Shown: piece by piece, positions 1-11,838 of the stretch
How the letters are laid out: each line of letters starts with the position of its first letter
Position numbering within the stretch: position 1 is the first letter of the stretch
NCBI GenBank assembly: GCA_023231475.1
Contig: JALJEE010001240.1
Coordinates: 1 to 58,415 of the forward strand
Direction of reading: 5' to 3'
Origin: Seison nebaliae
Lineage: Eukaryota
Length of the DNA: 58,415 bases
Translations under genes and position numbers: made by a program
Notes under the pieces: model-generated
The model's database searches: none
Told to the model about the DNA's origin: nothing
What the model saw: only the letters and a program-made list of their open reading frames with translations

Positions 1-1742
1 ATAATCACTTGGTACAATTAGAGTGGTGAATATCAAGTTATCTAACTTTATTAACAAGAATGATTGGAGTAAATAAAGTTCGTTATGTTGTTCATCATAT
101 CGTGGACAACAGTTAACTATATATGTCCAACAAATTGACAATAAAGAATCTTCTCCAATGTCTGGTATCATTGAAAGAACAACTTATTTTTCTTCTTTCT
201 CATCTCATCAAATTCAAGTCTAGACTATTTGTGACAGTTGAATATCGTGAGACTGAAAATTAGAAATCACTGACTTTTTCTCACTCCAATACAATCATGT
301 ATAAAATTTTCCAATAAGAACAGTGAAACGATGATTTCTTAATCCTACAAAACCCGCATTTCTTCTGGCCATTTTCATATTAACGGAAATTATTATGGAA
401 AAAATTGACAACAAAATGAGACATAAAAACACAAACTTTATCTAATTTACATTTTGTTATTGTCCATTCTTCAGGACAACTTAAAAAATAAAACTTTTTT
501 TATAAACGTCATATAGTCTAATCATTTTTACATCTAACTATTATACGATTAGAATACAAATAAATGAGAGGAAAGTAAAATAAGAACAACATTTCATATT
601 TATTGATCGTTATCGGTTATTTATAAGGGGATTGTATTTCAGATTATCCGAAGCAAATCTTTTTTATCGACCATGACCAGATTCGTAAGAAAAGATTTTA
701 GAAACCCAGAAAAAACGGTTATTTCGGTTTTTTAAATTCGGTGAATCTAACAAAAGAAAGCATCTTTGTAATTAATCTAACTACAGTAAGTTGGAGGAAA
801 CCTAATGAAACTTTAAAATATATTATACATTTCATATTATACAGTCTTATTGCGAGTAAGTAAAACCAATAATTTACTGGTATTAACTTATGAATGTTCA
901 ATTATTTCACTTTTCTAAGTTAAATAAAAAACTTTTAGAAACTAAGAAAAATATCATTAAAAAATTTTAAAAAATCAATATATTCAAACTTTTTTGATAA
1001 TATTCGCTGGAAGGAATTATCTAGCATTAGGCTCACTTTTAATGAGTCACTTATGGCTTCAACTTTATGCAAAAAAATTAAACTCGAGTGATTTTACGAA
1101 TTAATATATTTATTAAATGATTTAATTTAGGAAGAAATTATACCCAAATCTAATCAGAACCCACACATTTATTTGAACAATTTAAACTATAATATATTCC
1201 TTGCTCAAATTGAGCCGTGTGTCGAATTAATACAAACTAATATTTATAGAATAAAATTAATTATATAAATAAACCTTTTTCATAATGATCAAAATTTTGA
1301 TTTATCGAGAAACACTCCTACTCCAGTTGGGTACCAGAAATGTTTAAAACTTGCATCATTCCGATGAAAAACGTGATAATAAAATAACGTGTAAAACATA
1401 TGTGTAACAACTGGTACTGATAGGAACTTCCAGATAGCTTTAAAACAGATAAAAGTTATAAATGGAAGACAATTAATCAAGTTGTTGTTATTTTGGAAAA
1501 CGATAACAACATCATCAACTACGTTATACTTTGCATGTTCATGTTGTCTACATGGTAGCTAAAGTAGGAAAAAGTTTTGGGTTAAAAACCAAGGGAAAAC
1601 CGATGTTTTGATAAAGAATATCATATAATAAATTGCAAATTTTCATTGAAATATTAAAAATTAAAAGTCGGAATAGTCTGGTAAAAAGAATTTATTAATA
1701 AAATTGCTTTAAAATATTTCCCGATAATCAACGACGAGTCTA

Positions 1743-1878
1743 GGACGTAAAAGCCACGAGACAAAGAGCCACGGTACAAAAGAGCCACGGACAAAAGAGT
1801 CACGGACAAAAGAGTCACGGACAAAAGAGCCACGGACAAAAGAGCCACGGACAAAATAGCCACGGACAAAAGAGCCAC
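1743..1878 (+). repeat. 15-bp tandem array (GGACAAAAGAGCCAC)x9
   Basis: Directly visible. It explains the spurious LLSVA/SFVRG repeat ORFs 1654-1950 and 1709-1912. Confidence 0.95.
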
Positions 1879-2542
1879 GCCGACTTTGATTTTGTTCGAA
1901 CAGCAGAAACATAAAAAGCCAGATTCATGCTCTGACTCGAGTTCGGTCATGAATTGGAATGTATTCCTTTCAAAGTGAAGTAAAATAAGTAAAACACAGT
2001 ATAAGACTGTACAGGATTATCATGTCTGAATTTTTGTTTTCCAAAATTTACAGAAGAATCGAGTCTTATCAGTTTGGAATCAAACTATTTCAAGATAAGA
2101 AATATAATGCATTTCTGTTAAGAAATGAATTTATAATTGTTGAAGTCATTCTTTTGTAATATAGAGACTAGGAAGAGACAAATTAAGGAGACAACCTTGT
2201 TACGTTTTCATTTAGTCTTTTTTTAAAATCTCGATTAGTGATGGGGATACGAAGTGCGAAGGGAAATTAATTTCTTCTCTTTTTTGTATTTGGATAAAAA
2301 TTTTTATTCCTAAAAAAATATACTTTTCCCCCTATCATAATTTTTCAACGAATATATTGTCCTAATACATTGAGATAAGGATTTTGGAAGCAGAAAAGAA
2401 TAAAAATCCAAAAACGAAGAAAACACTTACTGCTCATTTGAAAAACTTTATTGACGCATTTGATACGATGGGCTTTTCATCATATTTATGATTGTAATTG
2501 TATGAACTATCTATAATATAGAAAATATCTTTAGAAGTCTGC

Positions 2543-2588
2543 ATGGCTCTTTTGTCCGTGGCTCTTTTTTCTTGTGGCTCTTTTGTCC
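2543..2588 (-). repeat. Inverted copy of the 15-bp array (3 units)
   Basis: GTGGCTCTTTTGTCC units are the reverse complement of the 1743-1878 unit. Confidence 0.9.
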
Positions 2589-5099
2589 TTCCCCCAATCA
2601 ACGTCATATTCTCTAAACAACATTTATTATGAAACAAAGTTATTTAGAGAACATTTTCCAATTACTTATTAAGACTTCTTTGAGTTTTCTCTAGGTAAAC
2701 TTTACTTTTAATTGTACACTCAACTTGACAGAGTACTAGAATGTTTATTATGAAAACTCTATTAGTTTGGTACAGCATATGCCGTCGATTCGTTAGTGAA
2801 TGAATTTGCAAAATAGAAAAGTCACGCATCAAAACATTTGCTTAATTTATGAAGCGTTAAAAGTTTAATTCATGAAGATCACATGAAATAATTACTTCAT
2901 ATGTTAAAGGACTTACTTACTTCTTCCACATATAGATATATATAATGAATGAAACGTTTATAATGTTTAGCGGATATGATGATGATAATAAGCAATATTT
3001 AAGTATTAGACGGAAAACCAAAAATTATAATTTTAATAAAATTCGTAAATATGTTGATAATTATAATATTGAGGTTATTTTTATATATTCGATATGTAGT
3101 CTGATATAGAAGATATGTAAAAGAATTTTCGATATTAATGGAATTGGTCATTTCTATATATTTTGATGTTAATGTGGTAACCAGTGGGGAAAAAAGTATT
3201 GAACTTCCTACATCAGTCATCAGATTTGAATAGACTTACAAATGCATGATTGCGACCAACAAGTTGTTGGCAACAACTTTTCTTATTATCGATTAATCAT
3301 GAGACTTCTAACCTTGGTTTCTAACGAAGGTACCATTTCATTGAAATTAGTAAGGCTCGATACATTGGGGAAATGGCATTCAGTGGGCGAACCATTTGAT
3401 AGACGGGATTATTTGCTAAATGGATGTTTTGTAGACGAAGCATTTAGTGCACTGTTTATACACAATAAAATTATGTTAGACATTTTTGATATTTTCTTTT
3501 TTTGACATTATAATTCCACCTCATTATTATAATATGTAATAAAAAGTTAAATCAGAATTTTTATCATTAGATTTTAAAAGATAAAAAAGCTTTAAAAAAT
3601 CTGGTGCTGCTACTTTCCCCCGAGTTACTTTCACCCCGAAAAATTTAAGTAAAATATTCGATTTCAGCATGAAAAACTGATACAGCTTATAAAAATAATT
3701 TTTTTAAATGTCCATTAATTACGTAATTATTGAGCATCTTTCGAAAAGGTCTTTTTCCATTATCTAAGAAATTATTGATTAATTACCCTGTCTTCTTCAG
3801 CATCATCAATAACCCAGAAATACAAATTTTTATTAAAATTGGTAACAAAAAACTATATTTTTTTTGTATTTTCTCTGCACATCTTTAACCGCTCAGCAGG
3901 GCACCTAATTCTGAATCGATTTTTATAAAACTGATCTCAAATTGATCGTCTTTTATTTCTGAACTTATGTTTAAAATCAAAAATTCACGGTACATCTACA
4001 ATATACCAATAAATACCAATTAATACCAATAAATCTACGAATTATATAGATTATCTTCTCTTATAAATAATATTATAAATAATATTCAGTTATATCTTTT
4101 AAAATATGTTAAATAATTATTCAATCTATCCAAATTAATTAAATTATTATCATGAGAATAATCCTATATATTAGTTGTCCTATATATAAATATTTCGAAC
4201 GACAGAATTTAAGAATCTCTTGCGCAACGATTCAAATTTTTTTTCGACCGTGATCATAACTCGATGGACTCGTCACTCATTTCTCAGCTGTTTCTCACTC
4301 TACTCAGCCACATTCTCGATCTCTTCCATTTTTTCACACTATTTGCCACACTTAAAAAAAAATATATATTAATATATTTTTTTTTTATTATAAATTAATA
4401 ATCCCCTCGGGGTAATGTATGACCTAAACTCCAAGACATTATTGATTCTCCAGGTACTTAGCAAACGTACTTGTGAGTAAGTTGTTGTTCATCATTCGCA
4501 TTCAATAACAAAACTCAACCATTAGCAAATCTGTAAATTAATTTATCAATCGTTCAATCGACAAATTTGTCCATAAAAACACATGAAATTTCGAAAAGAA
4601 TTTTAACGTCATATCTTAACATCAATTGTTAGTGAAAAATCAAATATCTCCGCCAGTTAATTGTTTAAACTTATGTTAACTATTCGAATTCGCCATAAAG
4701 AATATTATTAAAATTTATTTGAAAATAAAAAATTTTCTTTTGAAGTTTATGAAACAAAACTCAATTTTTGGATATAGTAAGATGAATCCAAAAAAGGCTG
4801 TATTATTTGACGTTCCTTTCACATCTACCAAAAGAAAAATGATAAATATGATTATATGTCGATAAATTCCATTAAATTTAGTTTTAAGAATTTTAATAAA
4901 ATATTTCACCCATATAGCAGCAAAGCAAATCGAAAAAACGAATTATCAAAATCAGCGTGAAATCGTATAATTTCAAAGAAGAATAAGTCGATTACCAAAA
5001 GAATCGGTAAATTTCATATCCCATTAATTAAGAATAATACAAAATTAATCCTTTACCGAAATTTGGATTCTTAAAATTACATATCTAAAATTAAAACGG

Positions 5100-8000
5100 C
5101 GAATTAATTTTAATTGAATTTCCATTGTGAAACTTTTCTTTGTCGACTGATGAAGAATGAAATTATTTATTCAACTAACCCTATCACGTAATTCGAAATT
5201 ATTATGATGATTTCCCCTAGGTGTTAGATATGATTTGGCGTTGTTATTGTTTACTTTAATGATGTTCGTTCGATCCTGAAAAAAATCAGTTTTTATTCGA
5301 AATAAAAAATAATAATAACTGGATCTACTAGTTGGTAGTTGTTGCGATGGTTACTAAAATATTGACCTCGAGGATAAACAGGTCGATAACCAAGTTCATT
5401 TACTCCCTGTTTTTCTAAAGGTTCACTTTGTCGACCGGAATGACGATCCATCGATATATCTCGTTCGGTATGATGCATGAGATTAGATTCGGTCCTTTGT
5501 GGCATTGGAATTGTATGATTCTAAAAAAGAAGAATAATTTAATTTGAAATTAAGATAATTGAATTAAAGATATGTGCGTGCAATTATGAAGAACTATGAG
5601 CATTAATAGACATTGTATGGATTTAAACTTTATTTATGGAAAAAAAAGAGAAAGGAAAAAAGTATTGCGGAGCATCACGGAACAGTATTAATGGAAAGCA
5701 AATAAATATTTGGTGTATAATTATTTAGTTCTTTTTTCAATCGATTAAATTTTTACGATTATCAATTAATCAGTTTCTATGCAAAACATTTGCCGGCATT
5801 AATGGTTCGCTATATTGTGGACGTGCACCGTTACGGCTGACATTTGGCAGAGGTGCGCCCGCACCAGGTTTTCCCCAAAATGTATCAAAAGTTTTCGTGT
5901 GCTACAGAAAGTAATAGAAGAATTAGCATTCGGAATAAGATATTCTGAAGAGAGGTCTCAGATTTAGAATGAGAAAGATACATACACTTCAACGTGCACT
6001 GATCGCTACGTAACATTTCGATCTCGAAAATTATTAATAATAATTAACTCACGAACTTGCTGTCCGGCCTGCATTTCTTGCATCTTCATCAATTGTTGAT
6101 CTCGTCGACTTTGTTCTAATTGATTAGATAAATCGGTTGCATAATTTCTCGTTTTATCGTCACTAATATTGTTGGAAGGCGCCTGAAATATAAGGAATAA
6201 TACCAATATAAATTTAATCCGTTTTCACACCACACACACACACACACACACACGCACACACACACACGTACATACGCGAACATTAAAATTTACATTGTCA
6301 TAAAGGCGTCATAAAATTAATTTAAAAATAGCCACAAAAGCAAATAAATTGAGTTATGCAATGAAACTGATTATCGATACAAAAACGCACAAATTTAAAT
6401 TAAATCTCTTTTCATTTTGAGGAAATGGAGAAGTAACTCTAAAAAATTCTTTGTATAATGCAATAAGTGAACTTCTCCATTGGAGAATAAGTAGAGAAAG
6501 CAAAGTTTCGAATTTGGAAAGAAATTTTCAATTTTACTCCATGAAATTACAAAAATTTCCCATTTTCCAATAATACCTTAGCACGAGCTCGTCGATTACG
6601 CCGTTCACGTCGATTCGATTTTTGCATTGTATTCACAATCTTATCTACTCCTTCAATATTCGTTTTATTTATCTCCTTTTTTCGTATCGCTTGTTCTTCC
6701 ATCAACGACAATTGCTCATCTCTTAATTTAACTTTCTCTAGAACATAATCCGTCGAACTATCACTATCATCGCTACGGCTATGAGGCGCTGGTTCGGATG
6801 GAACCATTGGAACATCTTTCTTTTGCGTGTATGACATTTGGAGGATGGGGAAACAACTTCTTACTCTTTTCTGCAATCTCTAAAAATGTAAAGAAATATT
6901 TCTAATAATTGTCTGGACGAAACAGAATATATAGTTCTCAATTATTGACAGTTTGGAAGTTTGGAACGTTGACGAGAATAATTTCCTACTCTTTTTTTTC
7001 TAATAATCGATTTTATCGATTTCCTGTTAATCAGCGTTTTCCGATAGAAGGAATAACGTGAATAACCTTTTGTTGTTGATATGACCTTTGGAAAGCTTGG
7101 AAAGGAATCGGCTCGCCATTCGTTGTACCATTAATATTTTTGTTGTTATTATTATTGGTAATTATCGAATTATTCTTATTTATATGATTACTGCTAATAT
7201 TGGTGTCACTTCGATCCTAATAGGGAAAAGAAAAAATGAAATGTTTATTCCATTTCAATGCATCGTCAAAATTGAACATTCTATAAATTGTGACGAAAAT
7301 GAAATATTTTCGGTGATGGACATTTAATTGAATTTTATTGATTATTCAAACTACTTATGACGATCAATACTAACCATATAAGAGTTGTTGGAGGGAAGTT
7401 GACTGTCAATTGTTCGACTCGTCGATGGAACATAATCACCTAAAATTAAACAATTCAATTTTTCATTATTCTCTTTCGTCAAACCTGGAACAACATACAC
7501 ATTTCGATTTCTTTTCCCAAATGGATAATGATTCCACTAAAAAGATCGATAAATGATGAAGAAGGAAAAATCGATTTATAATTAAAACCATTTCTTGTTC
7601 ATTCTTTATTTTAAATTCTTTTTCAAAACGAGACTTCGCCACTTTCTCCTCCATTTGACGATCTAGTGCTCGTCTATATTGTATTTTGTCCAACATGTCC
7701 AAATCGACACGATTCAATGATTGTCGTAAAGCTTGTTCGTTTTGAAACCAAACTTCATTCCCTTGTGACGCTTGAACCCGGATTGCATTACCTTCGTTCA
7801 CAGACTGTTTCATTTGGGGAGTATTTTCTTGCATTGTGTTTCGATGATTTTGATAAATTCTTTCAGATTGCTTTTGAGAAAAAAAAATATTTGAATTTAA
7901 AAGTTTCGAAGAATTAGATAAAAAAAAGTTGAACTGCTGTTCGTGGATTCTTCTTTTCCACTATTGACCTTGGATTAATCTCTGAATGGAGATTATTCGA

Positions 8001-8355
8001 ACGGTTCTGATGAAACATAAGAAACATGATAGGAATGAAATGAATGTAGAATGATTTTCTTAAAAGTTTGTACCGACTGATTTGGAGTTGGAAATGAATT
8101 TAAAGAAGGACGGTCAAACAAAAATCGGCAGTTGATTCAGTGAGAATTTCATTGGGAAATTGACAGATGAAACTTTAAAAAAAAACAATAACAATTGGAG
8201 AGATGGTACTTGAAAATGAATGTAAATTAATCTTCAGAACAAAATTAATTTGGAGTTGAGCTTCGTTACAATTGTGTGGACGGAATACTTATGAGAATTT
8301 ACTTAAGGAACATTTTTGCTCCACTTCCATAAACCGGATGATTCAAAGAAAACAT
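5100..8355 (-). CDS. Multi-exon CSPP1/CCDC66-like coiled-coil centrosomal/ciliary protein (ends approximate, probably alternatively spliced)
   Basis: Spliced exons give KIQYRRALDRQMEEK...EQEM|WNHYPFGKR and NYATDLSNQLEQ...|HTKTFDTFWGKPGAGAPLP. These match the coiled-coil plus (P/F)WG(K/R)xGxGAP repeats of CSPP1/CCDC66-type proteins. An X-box lies upstream. Confidence 0.6.
6231..6267. repeat. (CA)n microsatellite, intronic
   Basis: Directly visible. Confidence 0.95.
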
Positions 8356-8699
8356 TTGGATTTTTTTATCGGTTTAATATTACTATGGATTATAATTAAA
8401 GACTTCAGGTAATTTTCATGTATTACATGAAGTTATTTCTATGAAATAATTTGATACATTTCATTAACTTATGAATAACTTATTGGGAGATTGAAAGAAT
8501 TCCATGAACATTAAGAGAATGATGGAATCGAAGATGGAAAATTGAATTTCGATAATACGTGATGGGATATGGAGAAGGAGAATTTTTTAAATCTATTGGT
8601 TTAGAGGAACTGCTTCCTTATTCGAAATGACGGTATACGTGATACCTGTTTGATATATATTATTAACAACAAATGAGAATAAAGTTTCCGTTTCATTTA

Positions 8700-8713
8700 A
8701 TTGTCATAACAAC
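8700..8713. promoter_or_regulatory. Putative RFX X-box
   Basis: ATTGTCATAACAAC fits RYYNYY-WW-RRNRAC and lies ~350 nt upstream of the candidate ATG at 8355 (minus strand). Confidence 0.45.
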
Positions 8714-9252
8714 GAGTGTTTGTTTCGCTTTCTTCCGATAACTTTAAATTTTCAAAATATTTTCTCTCGTATTGCCCTTTTTATATGTTCGAGTGCGGAT
8801 ACTATTATAATTGTAACTATTATATACATTATACGAAAACAAATAAAACATAAAATTCTTTAGGAATAACGTTAATTTTTTCGGATTTATTCGAAGGAGG
8901 ATACTAAAAATTTTGAATAAAAAAAAGTTATGGAATACTGAATATCTTCCCATTAAAATACATGGAAAACAAACTAATATGTAAAAGTTTATCGGAATAA
9001 TATCTAACAGTGGAAATATAATAGTTGACTAAAGTGCTGAACGAGCGGAAGTGCTGAACTTGGAAAATATTGATAATTATCCATGCTTACATGATTCGAA
9101 TGAATAAGGAAAGAAAACAATAAAAAAAAATTTAAAAATATGACTGACCTAAGTAAATGATTATTCTTAGAGAAATAGAAGAAAGTTATTGATAAGTCGT
9201 ATATATATATATATATGTGTGGAAATATGATTGTGTAATTGAAAAAACTCAA

Positions 9253-11000
9253 TTACCTAAAGCCAAGAATCACTTTTGATGTGGAAAATCAATATGTGTT
9301 TAACAATTTATTTTGGAGTTCAATCGGTCTCTTATAGCGCAAGAGAAACTTGAAAAAGAAAGTTTCGGAAAGAAAACTATAATTAAGTTCTGTACCTCAC
9401 ACCAAAAAAAAGTGTTTGTTAGATGATGACTAAATCGATGGTTGTGAAAGTTAGAATTAAGTGGAAAAAGGTAACCATTGCCGATGAATTACTACCCCAA
9501 GGATAATAAGTTTTCAAATGATGTCTATCCTAAATGGCGAGAAATAGAAAGTTTAATTTTAAATGACCCAACATCAGGTAGAAAGAGAAATAAACCAATT
9601 GTTTCTGCTGCTCGTCAGCAATTCGTTTCTCTTGTTTTGCGTGATGATGTTGTTGAAGGAATTCGGAAATTTCTTTCTTTTCTTTTATAAGTCGCTTAAT
9701 ATCGTTGTCACTGAAAGGAGGAATGATTGACAGAATGAATGAAAGATATCGATCACCTATATTCTTTTGGATCATAGTGATATTTACTTTGTCCAATATA
9801 ATCGTTATCAAACGTCGTCATTGAATCACCATTAACTTTAGATATATTTTCCGTCTTCTTCTTAGTTTTATCAGTCAATTTTCCTTTTCTCAAATCTGGA
9901 GAACTGAAATGAAATGTGTAAAATGGGAGAAATTAGAGAAAGAATTATTTTGAGAAAAATATTTTGGAATTGGATATTTCTCTCGTTCAATCCTCTTTCG
10001 TTTCCACCTACGAGAGGAGTTTTGTGATGGGGGCTGGGAAGTTCATCATTTTGATATGAAGGAAATGTAGTGGAGGTGAACGACGGTGAGAGTATGTAAG
10101 GTAAAGTAATAATTCAATTGTTATTCATAAAATGACAGAAGGGATAAAGAGTTGTGAAATGGAGAATTCAACTGGAAAAGTTCAGAATTACTTCTATTAT
10201 TCAATTTATCGTCGATGAAAAAGCCATCTAAATGGCACCGAACGTTTCCAAACGAAGTGAAGTAGTGGATTGAAGCGGAAAATATGTTCAACTTTCATAA
10301 AAGAACTTTTTTCCTCAAATTCAACTTCACACAATTACCTCAATCAGTTTCAATTGGATTCGAGATATGTATGTGGAAAAAAGCGGTACCGATGTCTCTC
10401 CCGATCCAACGTTAAATATATATAACTATATATATATATATATATCAGTTCAATGATGTAAATTTGATGGAGAATATTAATCTTCAATTAGTAGTTCATT
10501 TCATTTGAAATAACATGGAAATTAGGAACATAATACTTGGAAGAATTATTATGAATGATTACATAACATTTGAATTTCTTTTAAATGTCGCTGAAGGAAA
10601 GAGGTTGTCGTTAGCCACTATACTTGAAGATCCAGGAGTTGTTTTAGGGAGAAAATGTGAGAAATATTTAACAATCGGCTTGTTCGACAAAGAAGAAAGA
10701 TCGATTTGGGAAAAAGGAAAAAACTCTTCTGTCCACTGAACCAAATCTAATTATAAAGTACGTAAATTCAAGTAGCTTTTAATAAACATACACAATACAC
10801 AACAATGCAAATACAGTTCCATTACAGATTGATTATTCTCCACTAATCATTAAGAACGTATGTTTAAGTTACATTAGTCCGACTTATTCTGCTGTGTTGA
10901 TGAAGAATAATATAGTTTGGAATGATAAAAGTTTAGCGAATAAAACGAGTTTCCTGATGTTGTCCTGCAACAAAATTGAACGTGCTTCTTCGTCTCCATC
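9253..11000 (-). CDS. Multi-exon coiled-coil protein with a CSPP1-like YYPWG motif (separate gene or 5' part of the 5100-8355 gene; boundaries uncertain)
   Basis: Frame-consistent splicing gives ...YHYDPKEY|SDNDIKRLIKEKKEISEFLQQHHHAKQEKRIADEQQKQL|DRHHLKTYYPWGSNSSAM. An X-box lies upstream. Confidence 0.5.
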
Positions 11001-11159
11001 CTTAACAATTTCCCAGTGCCAACACAAAAGGACAAACTGACAAGAATAACAATGGTAACAATAGATTAATATTTGGTAAGAGCAAGTACACTGACAGGGA
11101 GTTATATCATATGCATAAATTTTAAGGGAAAGTGAAATGAGCGGAATATGCACAAATTG

Positions 11160-11173
11160 GTCGTCATGACAAC
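11160..11173. promoter_or_regulatory. RFX X-box
   Basis: GTCGTCATGACAAC is one mismatch from the perfect palindrome GTTGTCATGACAAC and sits just upstream of the minus-strand coiled-coil gene. Confidence 0.6.
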
Positions 11174-11838
11174 AATAAAAATATCTAACGGAGTTTTCGA
11201 ATTTTTTGGTCTAAAACATCTGAAAAATAAAATAGCAGTGGAAAATGAAGAAATTTCAGTTAATAATATATCATTCAATTCTTCAAATAAAACTAACGAC
11301 ATTGTTCATTAACCCTTCCTCTTTTTTTTCTGAGGAACAATCGAAAAAGAATGGAATAATTTAAGGAGAATTTCTTTAACTCGATCGAATTATAAAGACT
11401 AATGGAACAAATTAGAAATATTTTAACACATCTAATTCTCAAATGATTAACTTGACAATGGAATTTCTCAAATATTTTACTCGAAATATTAAAACATTTA
11501 ACGCAATTCCTTTTAACACAAACTATTTTTTTCTATTGGTTTATTGTCATGAAATTTATATCTAATTCCTGTTATACAAGTACTAATGGAATTATTTAAA
11601 ATAAAGATTTAACTTTCTCTTATATATAATTTTTATTTCATGAACAATATGATGATGATGATGATTTAAGAGTTAATTTAATTAGAATGAAGAGATTATC
11701 GTTAAACCAAACTTTAATATTTTGAGAATGAGAATTTTACAGAATAGAATGAAAAGGATATTTGAAATTATCGAGAAAATAAATAGAATTGGGAGGATTT
11801 GGTGAGAGAAATGAAGCTGATAGTACTTATCCAGAATT

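Larger units (their letters stand above)
1736..2595. mobile_element. Non-autonomous Mutator-like (MULE/Phantom-type) DNA element with tandem-repeat inverted ends
   Basis: The 15-bp unit GGACAAAAGAGCCAC is arrayed at the left end (9 units) and in reverse complement at the right end (3 units). The element is flanked by the direct repeat AATCAACGAC (1726-1735) / AATCAACGTC (2596-2605), a 10-bp TSD with one mismatch; 9-11 bp TSDs are typical of Mutator. There is no transposase ORF inside. Confidence 0.75.

Noticed and set aside
1743..1878. CRISPR array or repeat-protein gene
   Set aside because: The units are contiguous with no spacers, the context is eukaryotic, and the ORFs are by-products of a 15-bp period.
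3130..3505. Coding-like segment around ORF 3242-3505
   Set aside because: It has stops or frameshifts and no recognisable motif; possibly a decayed gene or TE.
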